Below are positions 8,451 to 16,787 of a DNA stretch of 64,000 bases, one piece after another. Origin of the DNA: an uncultured Acidobacteriota bacterium (GTDB lineage Bacteria > Acidobacteriota > Polarisedimenticolia > Polarisedimenticolales > DASRJG01); the NCBI GenBank assembly GCA_964383585.1, contig CAYLHQ010000012.1, positions 36,714 through 100,713 of the forward strand, written 5' to 3'. The notes beneath the pieces are model-generated. The model made no database searches. It was given only the letters and a program-made list of their open reading frames with translations, and was not told where the DNA came from. The position numbers and the translations under genes are program-made. Every line of letters starts with the position of its first letter. The first letter of the stretch is position 1.

Positions 8451-9479
8451 GTGCGAATCCTCGCTGTCGAATCCTCTTGCGACGAGACCGCCGCCGCGGT
8501 CGTGGAGGACCGGAGCAAGGTCCTCTCCTCCGTCGTCGCCTCGCAGGACGACGTTCACGCGCGGTTCGGGGGGGTCGTCCCCGAGCTCGCGGCGCGGCGC
8601 CACGTCGAGCGGATCCGACCGGTGATCGAAGAGGCGCTCGCGCGGGCGGGAACGACGCTCGACGGGATTGACGCGATCGCGGTGACGGTGGGACCGGGCC
8701 TCATCGGCTCGCTCCTCGTCGGCCTTTGCGCCGCGAAGGCGATCGCGTGGCACCGGGGCCTTCCCCTCCTCGCGATCAACCACCTCGAGGGGCACGTCCG
8801 GTCCCCCTTCCTCGAACACCCCGACATCGAGTTCCCCGCGGTCGCCCTCGTCGTCTCCGGTGGGCACACCGCCCTGTACCTCTGCCCCGAGGAGGGGGTC
8901 TACGGGTCGCTCGCGCGCACCCGCGACGACGCCGCGGGCGAGGCGTTCGACAAGGTCGCGAAGCTCCTGGGCCTGGGGTACCCCGGGGGGCCGGTCATCG
9001 ACCGCCTGTCCGAGGGGGCCGACGAGCGCCGGTTCGACTTCCCCCGCGCGGTGATGAAGAACCACTCCCTCGACTTCTCCTTCAGCGGCCAGAAGTCGGA
9101 GGCCCGGCGGCAGGCGCTCGAGCTCGGCATCGCCTACCCCGAGGCGTCGGGAGGGGAGCCGACCGGCCTCATTCGGGATTTCGTCGCCTCGTTCCAGCGA
9201 TCGGTCGTGACGCCGCTCGTGCGGAACACCGTCACGGCCTGCCGGGAGCACGACGTCCGCTCGGTGATCGTCGCGGGGGGGGTCGCGTGCAACCGGCGGC
9301 TTCGGCGGGCGTTCGAGGAAGCGGCCCAAAAGGAAGGGCTGCGCGTGCACATCCCGTCGCCGAAATACGCCACCGACAACGCCGCGATGATCGCCGCGGC
9401 CGCCTTCCTCCACCTCGAAGCAGGACGGTTCGCGCCGCTCACGCAGGGAGCGGACGCGAACCTCCGACTGGGTGCCTGA
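8451..9479 (+). CDS. tsaD: tRNA N6-adenosine threonylcarbamoyltransferase
   Basis: VRILAVESSCDETAAAVV..., HLEGH and other Kae1/TsaD family hallmarks. GTG 8451 was chosen because the upstream TTG-extended part lies inside the repeat. Confidence 0.9.
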   Translation: MRILAVESSCDETAAAVVEDRSKVLSSVVASQDDVHARFGGVVPELAARRHVERIRPVIEEALARAGTTLDGIDAIAVTVGPGLIGSLLVGLCAAKAIAWHRGLPLLAINHLEGHVRSPFLEHPDIEFPAVALVVSGGHTALYLCPEEGVYGSLARTRDDAAGEAFDKVAKLLGLGYPGGPVIDRLSEGADERRFDFPRAVMKNHSLDFSFSGQKSEARRQALELGIAYPEASGGEPTGLIRDFVASFQRSVVTPLVRNTVTACREHDVRSVIVAGGVACNRRLRRAFEEAAQKEGLRVHIPSPKYATDNAAMIAAAAFLHLEAGRFAPLTQGADANLRLGA

Positions 9480-9484
9480 ACGGG

Positions 9485-9649
9485 CTACTCGCGTTTCTGG
9501 TCCCTCTTCCCGTACTTCTCCTCGACCGCCCGCCTCAGGATCCACTCGATCTGGCCGTTGACGCTCCGGAGATCCTGGGAGGCCCACCGATTGAGGGCCT
9601 CCCAGAGCTCCGGGTTCATGCGCAGAAGGAAGGACTTCCGCTCGGCCAC
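9485..9649 (-). CDS. Arc/CopG-type ribbon-helix-helix DNA-binding protein (54 aa)
   Basis: Not in the supplied ORF track. GTG at 9649 is preceded by GAGGAGGGG. The translation is VAERKSFLLRMNPELWEALNRWASQDLRSVNGQIEWILRRAVEEKYGKRDQKRE, a typical RHH pattern. It lies 12 nt downstream of the SPFH gene stop. Confidence 0.6.
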   Translation of the reverse strand: MAERKSFLLRMNPELWEALNRWASQDLRSVNGQIEWILRRAVEEKYGKRDQKRE

Positions 9650-9661
9650 CCGCCCCTCCTC

Positions 9662-10540
9662 TTACTGGTAGAGGGTTCCGGCATTGACGACGGGGGAGGC
9701 AGCGCTCTCGCTGCAGAGCACGACGAGCAAGTTGCTCACCATCGCCGCCTTCCGCTCCTCGTCGAGTTGCACGACGTTCTTCGCCGACAGCCGGTCGAGG
9801 GCCAGTTCCACCATGCTGACGGCGCCCTCGACGATCTGGTGTCTCGCGGCGACGACCGCGACCGCCTGCTGGCGGCGGAGCATCGCCTCGGCGATCTCCG
9901 GCGCGTAGGCGAGGTGGCTGATCCGCGCTTCGACCACGCGGATCCCGGCGCGGTCGAACCGCTCCTGCAGCTCCCGCTCGAGCTGGGCGTTGACGTGCTC
10001 GGTCCCGCCGCGGAGGGTCATGGTGTCCTGCTCGTGGTCCTCGAACGTGTCGTACGGGTAGGCTCCCGCGAGGTGCCGGACCGCCGCCTCACTTTGGACG
10101 ACGACGTACTGCTCGTAATCGTCGACGTCGAACGAGGCGCGGTAGGTGTCCTCGACCTGCCAGACGACGACCGCTGCGATCTGGATCGGATTCCCCGCCT
10201 TGTCGTTGACCTTGAGTTTCTCCCCGTTCAGGTTCCGGGCGCGGAGCGTGATCCTCTTCTTCGCGTAGAAGGGGTTGGCCCAGCAGAACCCGTTCTTCTT
10301 CACCGTCCCCGTGTAGGTGCCGAACAGCACGAGGACCCGGGCGTCGTTGGGGTTCACGATGAAGAGTCCGACGAAGATGAGAATGGTCGCCAGCAGGAGC
10401 AGGCCGGCGGGGATCAGGAGCAGGACCCGTTCGGTTCGGATCCCCGTGACGAACACCCCCACCGTCGCGACCGCGAGAAGGAGACCGAGAAAGAGCATCG
10501 GATAGCCCGACACGACCGTACGCGCCCGTTCCTGATTCAT
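9662..10540 (-). CDS. SPFH/band-7 domain membrane protein
   Basis: 292 aa with two N-terminal TM helices, followed by an SPFH core ([18 protein letters not shown]...IAAVVVWQV...) and a coiled-coil-like tail. Confidence 0.85.
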   Translation of the reverse strand: MNQERARTVVSGYPMLFLGLLLAVATVGVFVTGIRTERVLLLIPAGLLLLATILIFVGLFIVNPNDARVLVLFGTYTGTVKKNGFCWANPFYAKKRITLRARNLNGEKLKVNDKAGNPIQIAAVVVWQVEDTYRASFDVDDYEQYVVVQSEAAVRHLAGAYPYDTFEDHEQDTMTLRGGTEHVNAQLERELQERFDRAGIRVVEARISHLAYAPEIAEAMLRRQQAVAVVAARHQIVEGAVSMVELALDRLSAKNVVQLDEERKAAMVSNLLVVLCSESAASPVVNAGTLYQ

Positions 10541-10698
10541 GACCGCTCTCCTTTCCGAGAAAGCAATCGTATTGATATCATTTTGCTTTCATCCGTCAAG
10601 GACTTCTCAAAAAGATCGAAATTGTTCCCTTTCTTCCCCCTGCGGGAGGGCTTGGAGGGACGGGCGCGACCCGCTACCCTTTGCGGCCGGGAGGAGAC

Positions 10699-11481
10699 AT
10701 GGCCCGGACGATCGACCTCTCGGGGAAGACCGCGCTCGTGGCGGGGGTGGCGAACCAGCGGTCGCTCGCGGCCGTGATCGCGGAAACGCTCGCCGAGGGA
10801 GGAGCGCGCCTCGTGCTCACCTACGCGGGGGAGCGCTTCCGCGAGAACTGCGAGGCGCTGGCGGCGCGCTGGCCGGGGACGGTGCTCGTCCCTTGCGACG
10901 TGACGAGCGACGAGCAGATCGACAACGCGTTCGAGGTCGTCGCCGGCCGCGTCGGAGGGATCGACGCCTTCGTCCATTCCGTCGCCTTCGCGAGGCGGGA
11001 GGATCTCGAGGGGGAATTCCGCGCCACCTCGAGGGACGGATGGCGGACCGCGCTCGAAATCAGCGCCTATTCGTTCATCGCGATGTCCCACCGCGCCGCG
11101 CGCTTGATGGAAGGGCGCGGCGGGGGATCGATCGTGACGCTGACCTTCCAGGCCAGCCAGTGGGTCTTCCCGAATTACAACGTGATGGGCAGCGCGAAGG
11201 CGGCGCTCGAGCACGCCGTGCGGCAACTCGCCTACGAACTCGGCCCGGGAGAGGTGCGCGTCAACGCGATCTCCGCGGGCCCGATCCCGACGCTTTCGTC
11301 GAGGGGAATCTCGGGCTTCACCGACATCCTCTCCCACCACCGGGAGATCGCGCCGCTCGGACGGGTCATCGAAGCGCGAGAGGTCGGCGACACCGCGCTC
11401 TTCCTGTGCAGCGAGATGTCGTCGGGGATCACCGGCGCCACGATCTACGTGGACACCGGCTACCACATCATGGGGTACTGA
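10699..11481 (+). CDS. fabI: enoyl-[acyl-carrier-protein] reductase (NADH), FabI
   Basis: MARTIDLSGKTALVAGVANQRSLA...NYNVMGSAKAALE...ISAGPI are FabI family signatures. ATG 10699 is preceded by GGAGGAG. Confidence 0.9.
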   Translation: MARTIDLSGKTALVAGVANQRSLAAVIAETLAEGGARLVLTYAGERFRENCEALAARWPGTVLVPCDVTSDEQIDNAFEVVAGRVGGIDAFVHSVAFARREDLEGEFRATSRDGWRTALEISAYSFIAMSHRAARLMEGRGGGSIVTLTFQASQWVFPNYNVMGSAKAALEHAVRQLAYELGPGEVRVNAISAGPIPTLSSRGISGFTDILSHHREIAPLGRVIEAREVGDTALFLCSEMSSGITGATIYVDTGYHIMGY

Positions 11482-11800
11482 GAGAGTCTCGCCGCGCGAC
11501 GACCGGACGCTCCGGGAGCGCGGGATCCCCCTCGGGGACCCGCCCCTTGACGGTCTTCGGAGGCTCCCCGATCGTTCCCGTGGCGGACGCGAAGACTTCC
11601 CCCCGGCGAAGGACGTTGACACGGACCCTCGTCGCGTCGATCTGGAGACGCTCCAGTTCGTAACCGCTCCGGAGGATCGCGCGGGCAGCGGCGTCGACCC
11701 CCAAGGGAGCAGCCTCCACCGCGGCGGGGATGCCGGGAGCCGCGAGGCCCGCGAGGGCCCCGACGAGAGCCATCGCTCGAATCGCTCGCGCTCGTTTCAT
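11468..11800 (-). CDS. small secreted protein, diverged paralog of 11887-12240
   Basis: ATG 11800 is preceded by GAGAGGAGAG. There is a signal peptide (MKRARAIRAMALVGALAGLAAPG). The core VRVNVLRRGEVFASATGTIGE aligns to VRVIRGGKVLATATGRIIE of the neighbour. The C-terminal tail is poor and overlaps the fabI 3' end by 14 nt. Confidence 0.45.
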   Translation of the reverse strand: MKRARAIRAMALVGALAGLAAPGIPAAVEAAPLGVDAAARAILRSGYELERLQIDATRVRVNVLRRGEVFASATGTIGEPPKTVKGRVPEGDPALPERPVVARRDSLSTP

Positions 11801-11886
11801 GACGCTCTCCTCTCGATCGAAGCACGGGGCCCCGGGCCGGAAACGCCGGGGAGGGCCGCCGCGGACGGCGCCGGGGCCCGGGGGGG

Positions 11887-12240
11887 TCAACCGTCGATCT
11901 TCACGACCTGCGTCGAGCCTGCGGTGTGGATCTCCGCCAGCGTGCGCTTTCCCCCCTCCGTTTTGTAGAGCACGCGGTCGCTTTCGGGCCGGGAGGAGGT
12001 CTCGATGATCCGTCCGGTCGCGGTGGCGAGGACCTTCCCGCCTCGGATCACCCGCACCTCGACGGCTCCGCCGCCTTTGTCCTTCCACTGCAGGTCGTAC
12101 CAGCCCTTCTGGATCGCCTGCCCGCCGATCAGAATGTCCTGGGAGAAGTTGACCTCGCGGGTGTCGACCGCGAGAAGGGGCGTGGCCGCGAGGGCCAGCG
12201 CGAAGAGAACCGTGAGCGCGATCCGGGAACGATTCGTCAT
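11887..12240 (-). CDS. small secreted protein of unknown function (117 aa)
   Basis: Signal peptide MTNRSRIALTVLFALALAATPLLA, with a beta-rich mature part. I recognise no family. Confidence 0.6.
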   Translation of the reverse strand: MTNRSRIALTVLFALALAATPLLAVDTREVNFSQDILIGGQAIQKGWYDLQWKDKGGGAVEVRVIRGGKVLATATGRIIETSSRPESDRVLYKTEGGKRTLAEIHTAGSTQVVKIDG

Positions 12241-12285
12241 GGCGTTTCCTCCGTGGTACGCGTCCAGGAGTACGGCTTCGCGCCC

Positions 12286-12310
12286 TTGAAGTTCGCAATC
12301 GAACGTTGAA
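12286..12310. promoter_or_regulatory. candidate operator: TTGAA-GTTCGCAATCGAAC-GTTGAA
   Basis: The 14-bp palindrome GTTCG-CAAT-CGAAC is flanked by TTGAA repeats. It lies 46-70 nt upstream of the 12240 start and directly downstream of the Crp/Fnr gene. It does not match the TTGAT-N4-ATCAA consensus cleanly. Confidence 0.2.
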
Positions 12311-12366
12311 ACCGCGCGAGCGGTCGCGGGGAGGCGGCGAGCGGCGGCGAAAACGCCGCGAGCGAA

Positions 12367-13161
12367 TCAGGCGCCGGGGTGGGTTTCGTCCTCGATCTGG
12401 TCGATCAGGAGATCGAGGTCGGGAATGATCACCTCGCGCGTTCCGAACTTCGCGATCCCGGCGTCGTGGAAATCCCGGATCATACGGGAGAGGCTCTCCG
12501 GGCGCGCCCCGAGCATCGCCGCGAGATCGCGACGAGAAAGGGGCAGCTCGATCGTGATCTGCCCGCGGTCGTCGACCTCCGCCGAGCGGTCCTTCAGGAC
12601 GAGGAGGATGTGCGCAAGCCTCGCCCGCAGCGGGAGGGTGAGGGCGCGCACCCGCTCCTCCTCCGAGCTCTGGAGGTCCTCGGCGAAGCGGCGGAGGAAG
12701 GCCATCCCCACCGCCGGATTCTGCTGGAGGATCTGACGAACCGCCGCCTTGTCGACGAAGCAGACCCGGCAGGAGGTCAGGGCCTCGGCCGTCACGTTGT
12801 ACGGCCCCCCGGAGAAGTATGCGAGGTACCCCAGGGTGTGCCCCGCCCCGAGCATTCCCACGACGACCGACCCCCCTTGGGAATCGGACTTCCGGAGGGT
12901 GACGGTGCCGTCCTCGATGCAATGGATCCCGAGACAGGTGTTCCCCTCGTAAAAGACCACCTGTCCCGGCTCGTAGATGTTACAGGTCTTGGCGCGGTCG
13001 AGGAGGTCCAAGTCGTCGTCCGCGAGGCCGCACCACTCGCTTTGCTCCCGCGCCTGGCACGCGAAGCAGTTCGCCGGCCGGAGGACTCGGAGGCGGCCGA
13101 GACTCTTGGGTTCCCCGTTGGGCACGCCGCTCATTGTGGACACGGACTTGACCTTCATCAA
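12367..13161 (-). CDS. Crp/Fnr-family transcriptional regulator with an N-terminal Cys cluster
   Basis: cNMP-binding-like beta-roll plus a C-terminal HTH (LSRRDLAAMLGARPESLSRMIRDF). The N-terminal CFACQAREQSEWC, plus further Cys residues, is suggestive of an FNR-type Fe-S sensor. The start is uncertain (13161 or 13134). Confidence 0.85.
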   Translation of the reverse strand: MMKVKSVSTMSGVPNGEPKSLGRLRVLRPANCFACQAREQSEWCGLADDDLDLLDRAKTCNIYEPGQVVFYEGNTCLGIHCIEDGTVTLRKSDSQGGSVVVGMLGAGHTLGYLAYFSGGPYNVTAEALTSCRVCFVDKAAVRQILQQNPAVGMAFLRRFAEDLQSSEEERVRALTLPLRARLAHILLVLKDRSAEVDDRGQITIELPLSRRDLAAMLGARPESLSRMIRDFHDAGIAKFGTREVIIPDLDLLIDQIEDETHPGA

Positions 13162-13234
13162 GCCCGCGCCTGAGAGTCGTCAAGGTAGGACCTCCGGCCC
13201 TCGGGTAAGGTCCCCGGGCCCAGGGGAGCCGAAC

Positions 13235-13633
13235 ATGAGGCCGATCTCCCGAGACATGGCTGCCGAACAGGCCCGTCAGGTCGAGTTGCTGGAGTCGTTC
13301 CAGGACGTGATCCGGATCCGGGCGCAGGCCGGTCAGTTCGTCTTCTATTCCCGCCACATCCCCCCGGGCCTCTTCCTCGTCCTCGCCGGATCGGTGGCGG
13401 TGCTCCGGGGGGGTGGGCGCGAGGACCTTCCGGCGCTGGGAACCCAGGACGCCGCCGGGGGGGCGTTCTTCGTGCCGGCCCTCGAAGAACTCGACCAACC
13501 TGCCGGGGCGGGGGTCGTGGTGCAGCGCGAAGCGGAGATGCTCTTCATCCCACGGAGCCTCGCCCTGGGCGCCACCGCCGTCCGCCGCTTTCTCGAGAAC
13601 GAAGGGCGATTCCCCGCCCTGTCCTTGCGCTGA
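13235..13633 (+). CDS. stand-alone cyclic-nucleotide-binding-like domain protein (132 aa)
   Basis: ATG 13235 follows GGGGAG. The sequence FVFYSRHIPPGLFLVLAGSVAVL... resembles a cNMP-binding/Crp effector domain, and there is no HTH. Confidence 0.55.
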   Translation: MRPISRDMAAEQARQVELLESFQDVIRIRAQAGQFVFYSRHIPPGLFLVLAGSVAVLRGGGREDLPALGTQDAAGGAFFVPALEELDQPAGAGVVVQREAEMLFIPRSLALGATAVRRFLENEGRFPALSLR

Positions 13634-13663
13634 TCCGCCGACGATGGAGGAGGAGCCGACCCG

Positions 13664-15937
13664 ATGACGACACGGACCGAAACGTTCACCTACGACGACG
13701 CCATCGTCCGGAAGTTTCTGCTCGCCACCCTGGTCTGGGGGGCGGTGGGGATGCTGGTGGGCGTCCTGGTCGCCATCCAGCTCGCCTTCCCGGCGGCGAA
13801 CCTGGGTCTCCCTTGGACTTCCTTCGGACGTCTGAGGCCGCTCCACACGAACGCGGTGATCTTCGCGTTCGCCGGAAACGCGATGTTCACCGGCATGTAC
13901 TACTCGACCCAGCGCCTGCTCAAGACCCGGATGTTCTCGGACCTCCTGAGCTCGCTCCACTTCTGGGGCTGGCAGGCGATCATCGTCGCCGCCGCCGTGA
14001 CGCTTCCCTTGGGTTTCACGACCTCGAAGGAGTACGCCGAGCTCGAGTGGCCGATCGACGTCGCGATCGCCCTCGTCTGGGTGATCTTCGCCGTCAACTT
14101 CTTCGGAACCCTGGCCCGGCGCCGGGAGCGCCACATTTACGTCGCCATCTGGTTCTACATCGCCACCATCCTCACGATCGCGCTCCTCCACATCTTCAAC
14201 AGCCTCGAGGTCCCGGCGAGCCTCTGGAAGAGCTATTCGGTCTACGCGGGGGTCCAGGACGCGTTCATGCAGTGGTGGTACGGCCACAACGCGGTCGCGT
14301 TTTTCCTGACCACCCCCTTCCTCGGCCTCATGTACTACTTCATGCCGAAGGCCGCCGACCGCCCCGTCTTCTCCTACAAACTCTCGATCCTCCACTTCTG
14401 GTCGCTGATCTTCATCTACATCTGGGCGGGCCCCCACCACCTCCACTACACCGCCCTCCCCTCGTGGGCCGCGACGCTCGGGATGCTCTTCTCGCTGATG
14501 CTTTGGATGCCCTCGTGGGGCGGCATGGTGAACGGCCTGCTGACCCTCCGGGGCGCCTGGCACAAGGTCGCCGACGACGCGATCCTGAAGTTCTTCGTCG
14601 TGGCGATCACGTTCTACGGGATGTCGACCTTCGAGGGGCCGCTCCTTTCGATCAAGAGCGTCAACTCGCTCTCGCACTACACCGACTGGACGATCGCCCA
14701 CGTGCACGGCGGCGCGCTCGGCTGGGTCGGGTTCATGACCTTCGGCATGGCGTATTGGCTCATGCCGCGTCTCTTCCAGACGAAACTCTGGAGCAACCGT
14801 CTCATGGAGATCCACTTCTGGACCTCCACGGTCGGGATTCTCCTCTACGTGCTCCCGATCTACGCGGCCGGGCTGACGCAGGGGCTCATGTGGCGCGCGT
14901 TCGACGAGACGGGTCGCCTGGCCTACGGCGACTTCATCGAGACGACGATGCGCCTCATCCCGATGTACTGGTTCCGCGTGCTCGGTGGGGTCTTCTACCT
15001 CTCCGGCACGGTCCTGTGCATCGTGAACCTCGCGAAAACCTGGGGTTCCCGGCCTTCGCGGTACGAAGTGCCGGTCCACGAGGCCCCCGCCCTCTCCCCC
15101 GAGTACACGGACCCGTCGCCGGTTGCGTCCTACCTGCGGCGCGTCAAGGCCCCGGTCGCCGGTCTCGCCTACACGATCGAGCGGTTCGTCGACGCGACCT
15201 GGCACCGCCGCTGGGAGCGCCTCCCCCTCGTCTTCAGCGCGTGGGTAGCCGTCGCGGTCGTCGTGGCCTCGCTCTTCGAGATCATCCCGACCTTCCTGAT
15301 CCGGTCGAACGTGCCGACGATCGCCTCCGTGAAGCCGTACACCCCGCTCGAGGTCGTCGGGCGCGACCTCTACATCGCCGAGGGGTGCAACAACTGCCAC
15401 TCGCAGATGGTTCGGCCGATCCGCGCCGAAACGGTCCGCTACGGCGAGTACGGGAAGCCCGGGGAGTTCGTGTACGAGCACCCGTTCCTGTGGGGATCGC
15501 GCCGCATCGGACCCGACCTCCAGCGGGTCGGCGGGAAGTACCCGAACCTCTGGCACGTCCGCCACATGGAGAATCCGCGCTCGACCACGCCGCAGTCGAT
15601 CATGCCGCCGTATCCGTGGATGCTCACCGAGCGGATCGATTTCGAGGGGATCCCCGTGAAGCTGCGTGCGATGCGCACCGTCGGGGTTCCCTACACCGAG
15701 GCCGACGTCGCAGGAGCCGCGGCGTCGGCCCGCGAACAGGCGCGCGCGATCGCGGAGGACGTCGCCGCCCAGGGCGGCGCTCCGGGGCTCGAGGACAAGA
15801 AGATCGTCGCCTTGGTCGCCTACCTCCAGCGGCTCGGCCAAGACATCAAGGCCGTTCCACCCCCCGGCGCGCCGGCCGAAGCCGCACCCGCGATCGCCTC
15901 CGCCGGGAGCGGCGGGGGCTCCGGAGGGGACAGGTGA
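13664..15937 (+). CDS. ccoNO: cbb3-type cytochrome c oxidase, fused subunits I and II (CcoN-CcoO)
   Basis: A single 757-aa ORF. The CcoN part has 12+ TM helices and His ligands (HFWSLIFIYIWAGPHHLHY, HVHGGALGW). A ~50-aa linker follows, then CcoO with a TM anchor and heme motif CNNCHSQMVRP. Confidence 0.92.
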   Translation: MTTRTETFTYDDAIVRKFLLATLVWGAVGMLVGVLVAIQLAFPAANLGLPWTSFGRLRPLHTNAVIFAFAGNAMFTGMYYSTQRLLKTRMFSDLLSSLHFWGWQAIIVAAAVTLPLGFTTSKEYAELEWPIDVAIALVWVIFAVNFFGTLARRRERHIYVAIWFYIATILTIALLHIFNSLEVPASLWKSYSVYAGVQDAFMQWWYGHNAVAFFLTTPFLGLMYYFMPKAADRPVFSYKLSILHFWSLIFIYIWAGPHHLHYTALPSWAATLGMLFSLMLWMPSWGGMVNGLLTLRGAWHKVADDAILKFFVVAITFYGMSTFEGPLLSIKSVNSLSHYTDWTIAHVHGGALGWVGFMTFGMAYWLMPRLFQTKLWSNRLMEIHFWTSTVGILLYVLPIYAAGLTQGLMWRAFDETGRLAYGDFIETTMRLIPMYWFRVLGGVFYLSGTVLCIVNLAKTWGSRPSRYEVPVHEAPALSPEYTDPSPVASYLRRVKAPVAGLAYTIERFVDATWHRRWERLPLVFSAWVAVAVVVASLFEIIPTFLIRSNVPTIASVKPYTPLEVVGRDLYIAEGCNNCHSQMVRPIRAETVRYGEYGKPGEFVYEHPFLWGSRRIGPDLQRVGGKYPNLWHVRHMENPRSTTPQSIMPPYPWMLTERIDFEGIPVKLRAMRTVGVPYTEADVAGAAASAREQARAIAEDVAAQGGAPGLEDKKIVALVAYLQRLGQDIKAVPPPGAPAEAAPAIASAGSGGGSGGDR

Positions 15938-16131
15938 GCCTCACCGAGATCATGTCCCACGCGGGACTCGAGGGGTACGCCGAGGTCGGGCTCGTCCTGT
16001 TCCTCCTCCTTTTCCTCGGGATCCTGGTCTACACGTTCCGCAGGCGTAATCAGGCCACGTTCGACCGCGCGAGCCGCATGCCGCTCGACGACGCCCCGAC
16101 CCAGACGGAGGGACCGCGCCGCCATGACTGA
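15934..16131 (+). CDS. ccoQ: cbb3 oxidase small subunit CcoQ/FixQ-like
   Basis: GTG 15934 overlaps the ccoNO stop (GTGA); ATG 15952 is an alternative start. A single TM helix (AEVGLVLFLLLFLGILVYTF) is followed by RRR, as in FixQ. Confidence 0.55.
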   Translation: MSLTEIMSHAGLEGYAEVGLVLFLLLFLGILVYTFRRRNQATFDRASRMPLDDAPTQTEGPRRHD

Positions 16132-16774
16132 GATGAGCGAGAGGGACAAGCTGTTCGATCACGAGTACGACGGGATCCGGGAGTACGACAACCCCCTTCC
16201 CGGCTGGTGGGTCTTTCTCTTTTGGGCCTCCATCGTCTTTTCGGTCGTCTATTTCATCTACTACCAGCTCGGCCACGGCGAATCGGAGACGGCGCAGTAC
16301 GAGAGGACGATGCTCGCGCACTACGCGCTTCTGGCCGAGCAAATCACGAAGGCCGGTCCGATCACCGACGAGACGATCCTCGGATTCCAGGACAAGCCGG
16401 ACATGATGGCGGCGGCCGCGAACCTCTTCCAGTCGAAGTGCGCGGTCTGCCACGGGACACAAGCCCAGGGGAACATCGGCCCCAACCTCACCGACGATTA
16501 CTGGCTCCACGGCGGAAGGCCGACCGATCTCTACCGGGTGATCTCCGACGGGGTGGTCGAGAAGGGGATGATCTCCTGGAAGACCCAACTCGGCCTCGGC
16601 GACATGCTCGCGCTCGCGGCGTACGTGGGCACCCTCCACGGAACGAACCCTCCGAACGCGAAGGCCCCGCAGGGAGAGAAGGTCGATCCCGCGGCGATCG
16701 CGACCGCGGCGCCTCCCGCTCCGGAATCCCCGGGAGCCGAGGCCGCGCCGCGCGCCGCCGGCGCGAACCCGTGA
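16124..16774 (+). CDS. ccoP: cbb3 oxidase subunit III (CcoP), monoheme form
   Basis: The N-terminal FixO/CcoP signature is HEYDGIREYDNPLPGWW. There is one TM helix and only one CxxCH motif (CAVCH). The product is 216 aa. Confidence 0.8.
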   Translation: MTEMSERDKLFDHEYDGIREYDNPLPGWWVFLFWASIVFSVVYFIYYQLGHGESETAQYERTMLAHYALLAEQITKAGPITDETILGFQDKPDMMAAAANLFQSKCAVCHGTQAQGNIGPNLTDDYWLHGGRPTDLYRVISDGVVEKGMISWKTQLGLGDMLALAAYVGTLHGTNPPNAKAPQGEKVDPAAIATAAPPAPESPGAEAAPRAAGANP

Positions 16775-16787
16775 CGGAGGTGGCCTC

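Noticed and set aside
13162-13663. An FNR/Crp box (TTGAT-N4-ATCAA) expected upstream of the cbb3 operon.
   Set aside because: I found no match better than half-sites by eye. Only a weak GGACCT-N14-AGGTCC inverted repeat is present. This needs a matrix scan before any claim.
12980-15841. A 953-aa minus-strand ORF covering the ccoNO region.
   Set aside because: It is antisense to an unmistakable CcoN-CcoO sequence. The translation is Arg/Gly/Pro/Asp-rich low complexity with no motif. Long stop-free antisense frames are expected in DNA this GC-rich.
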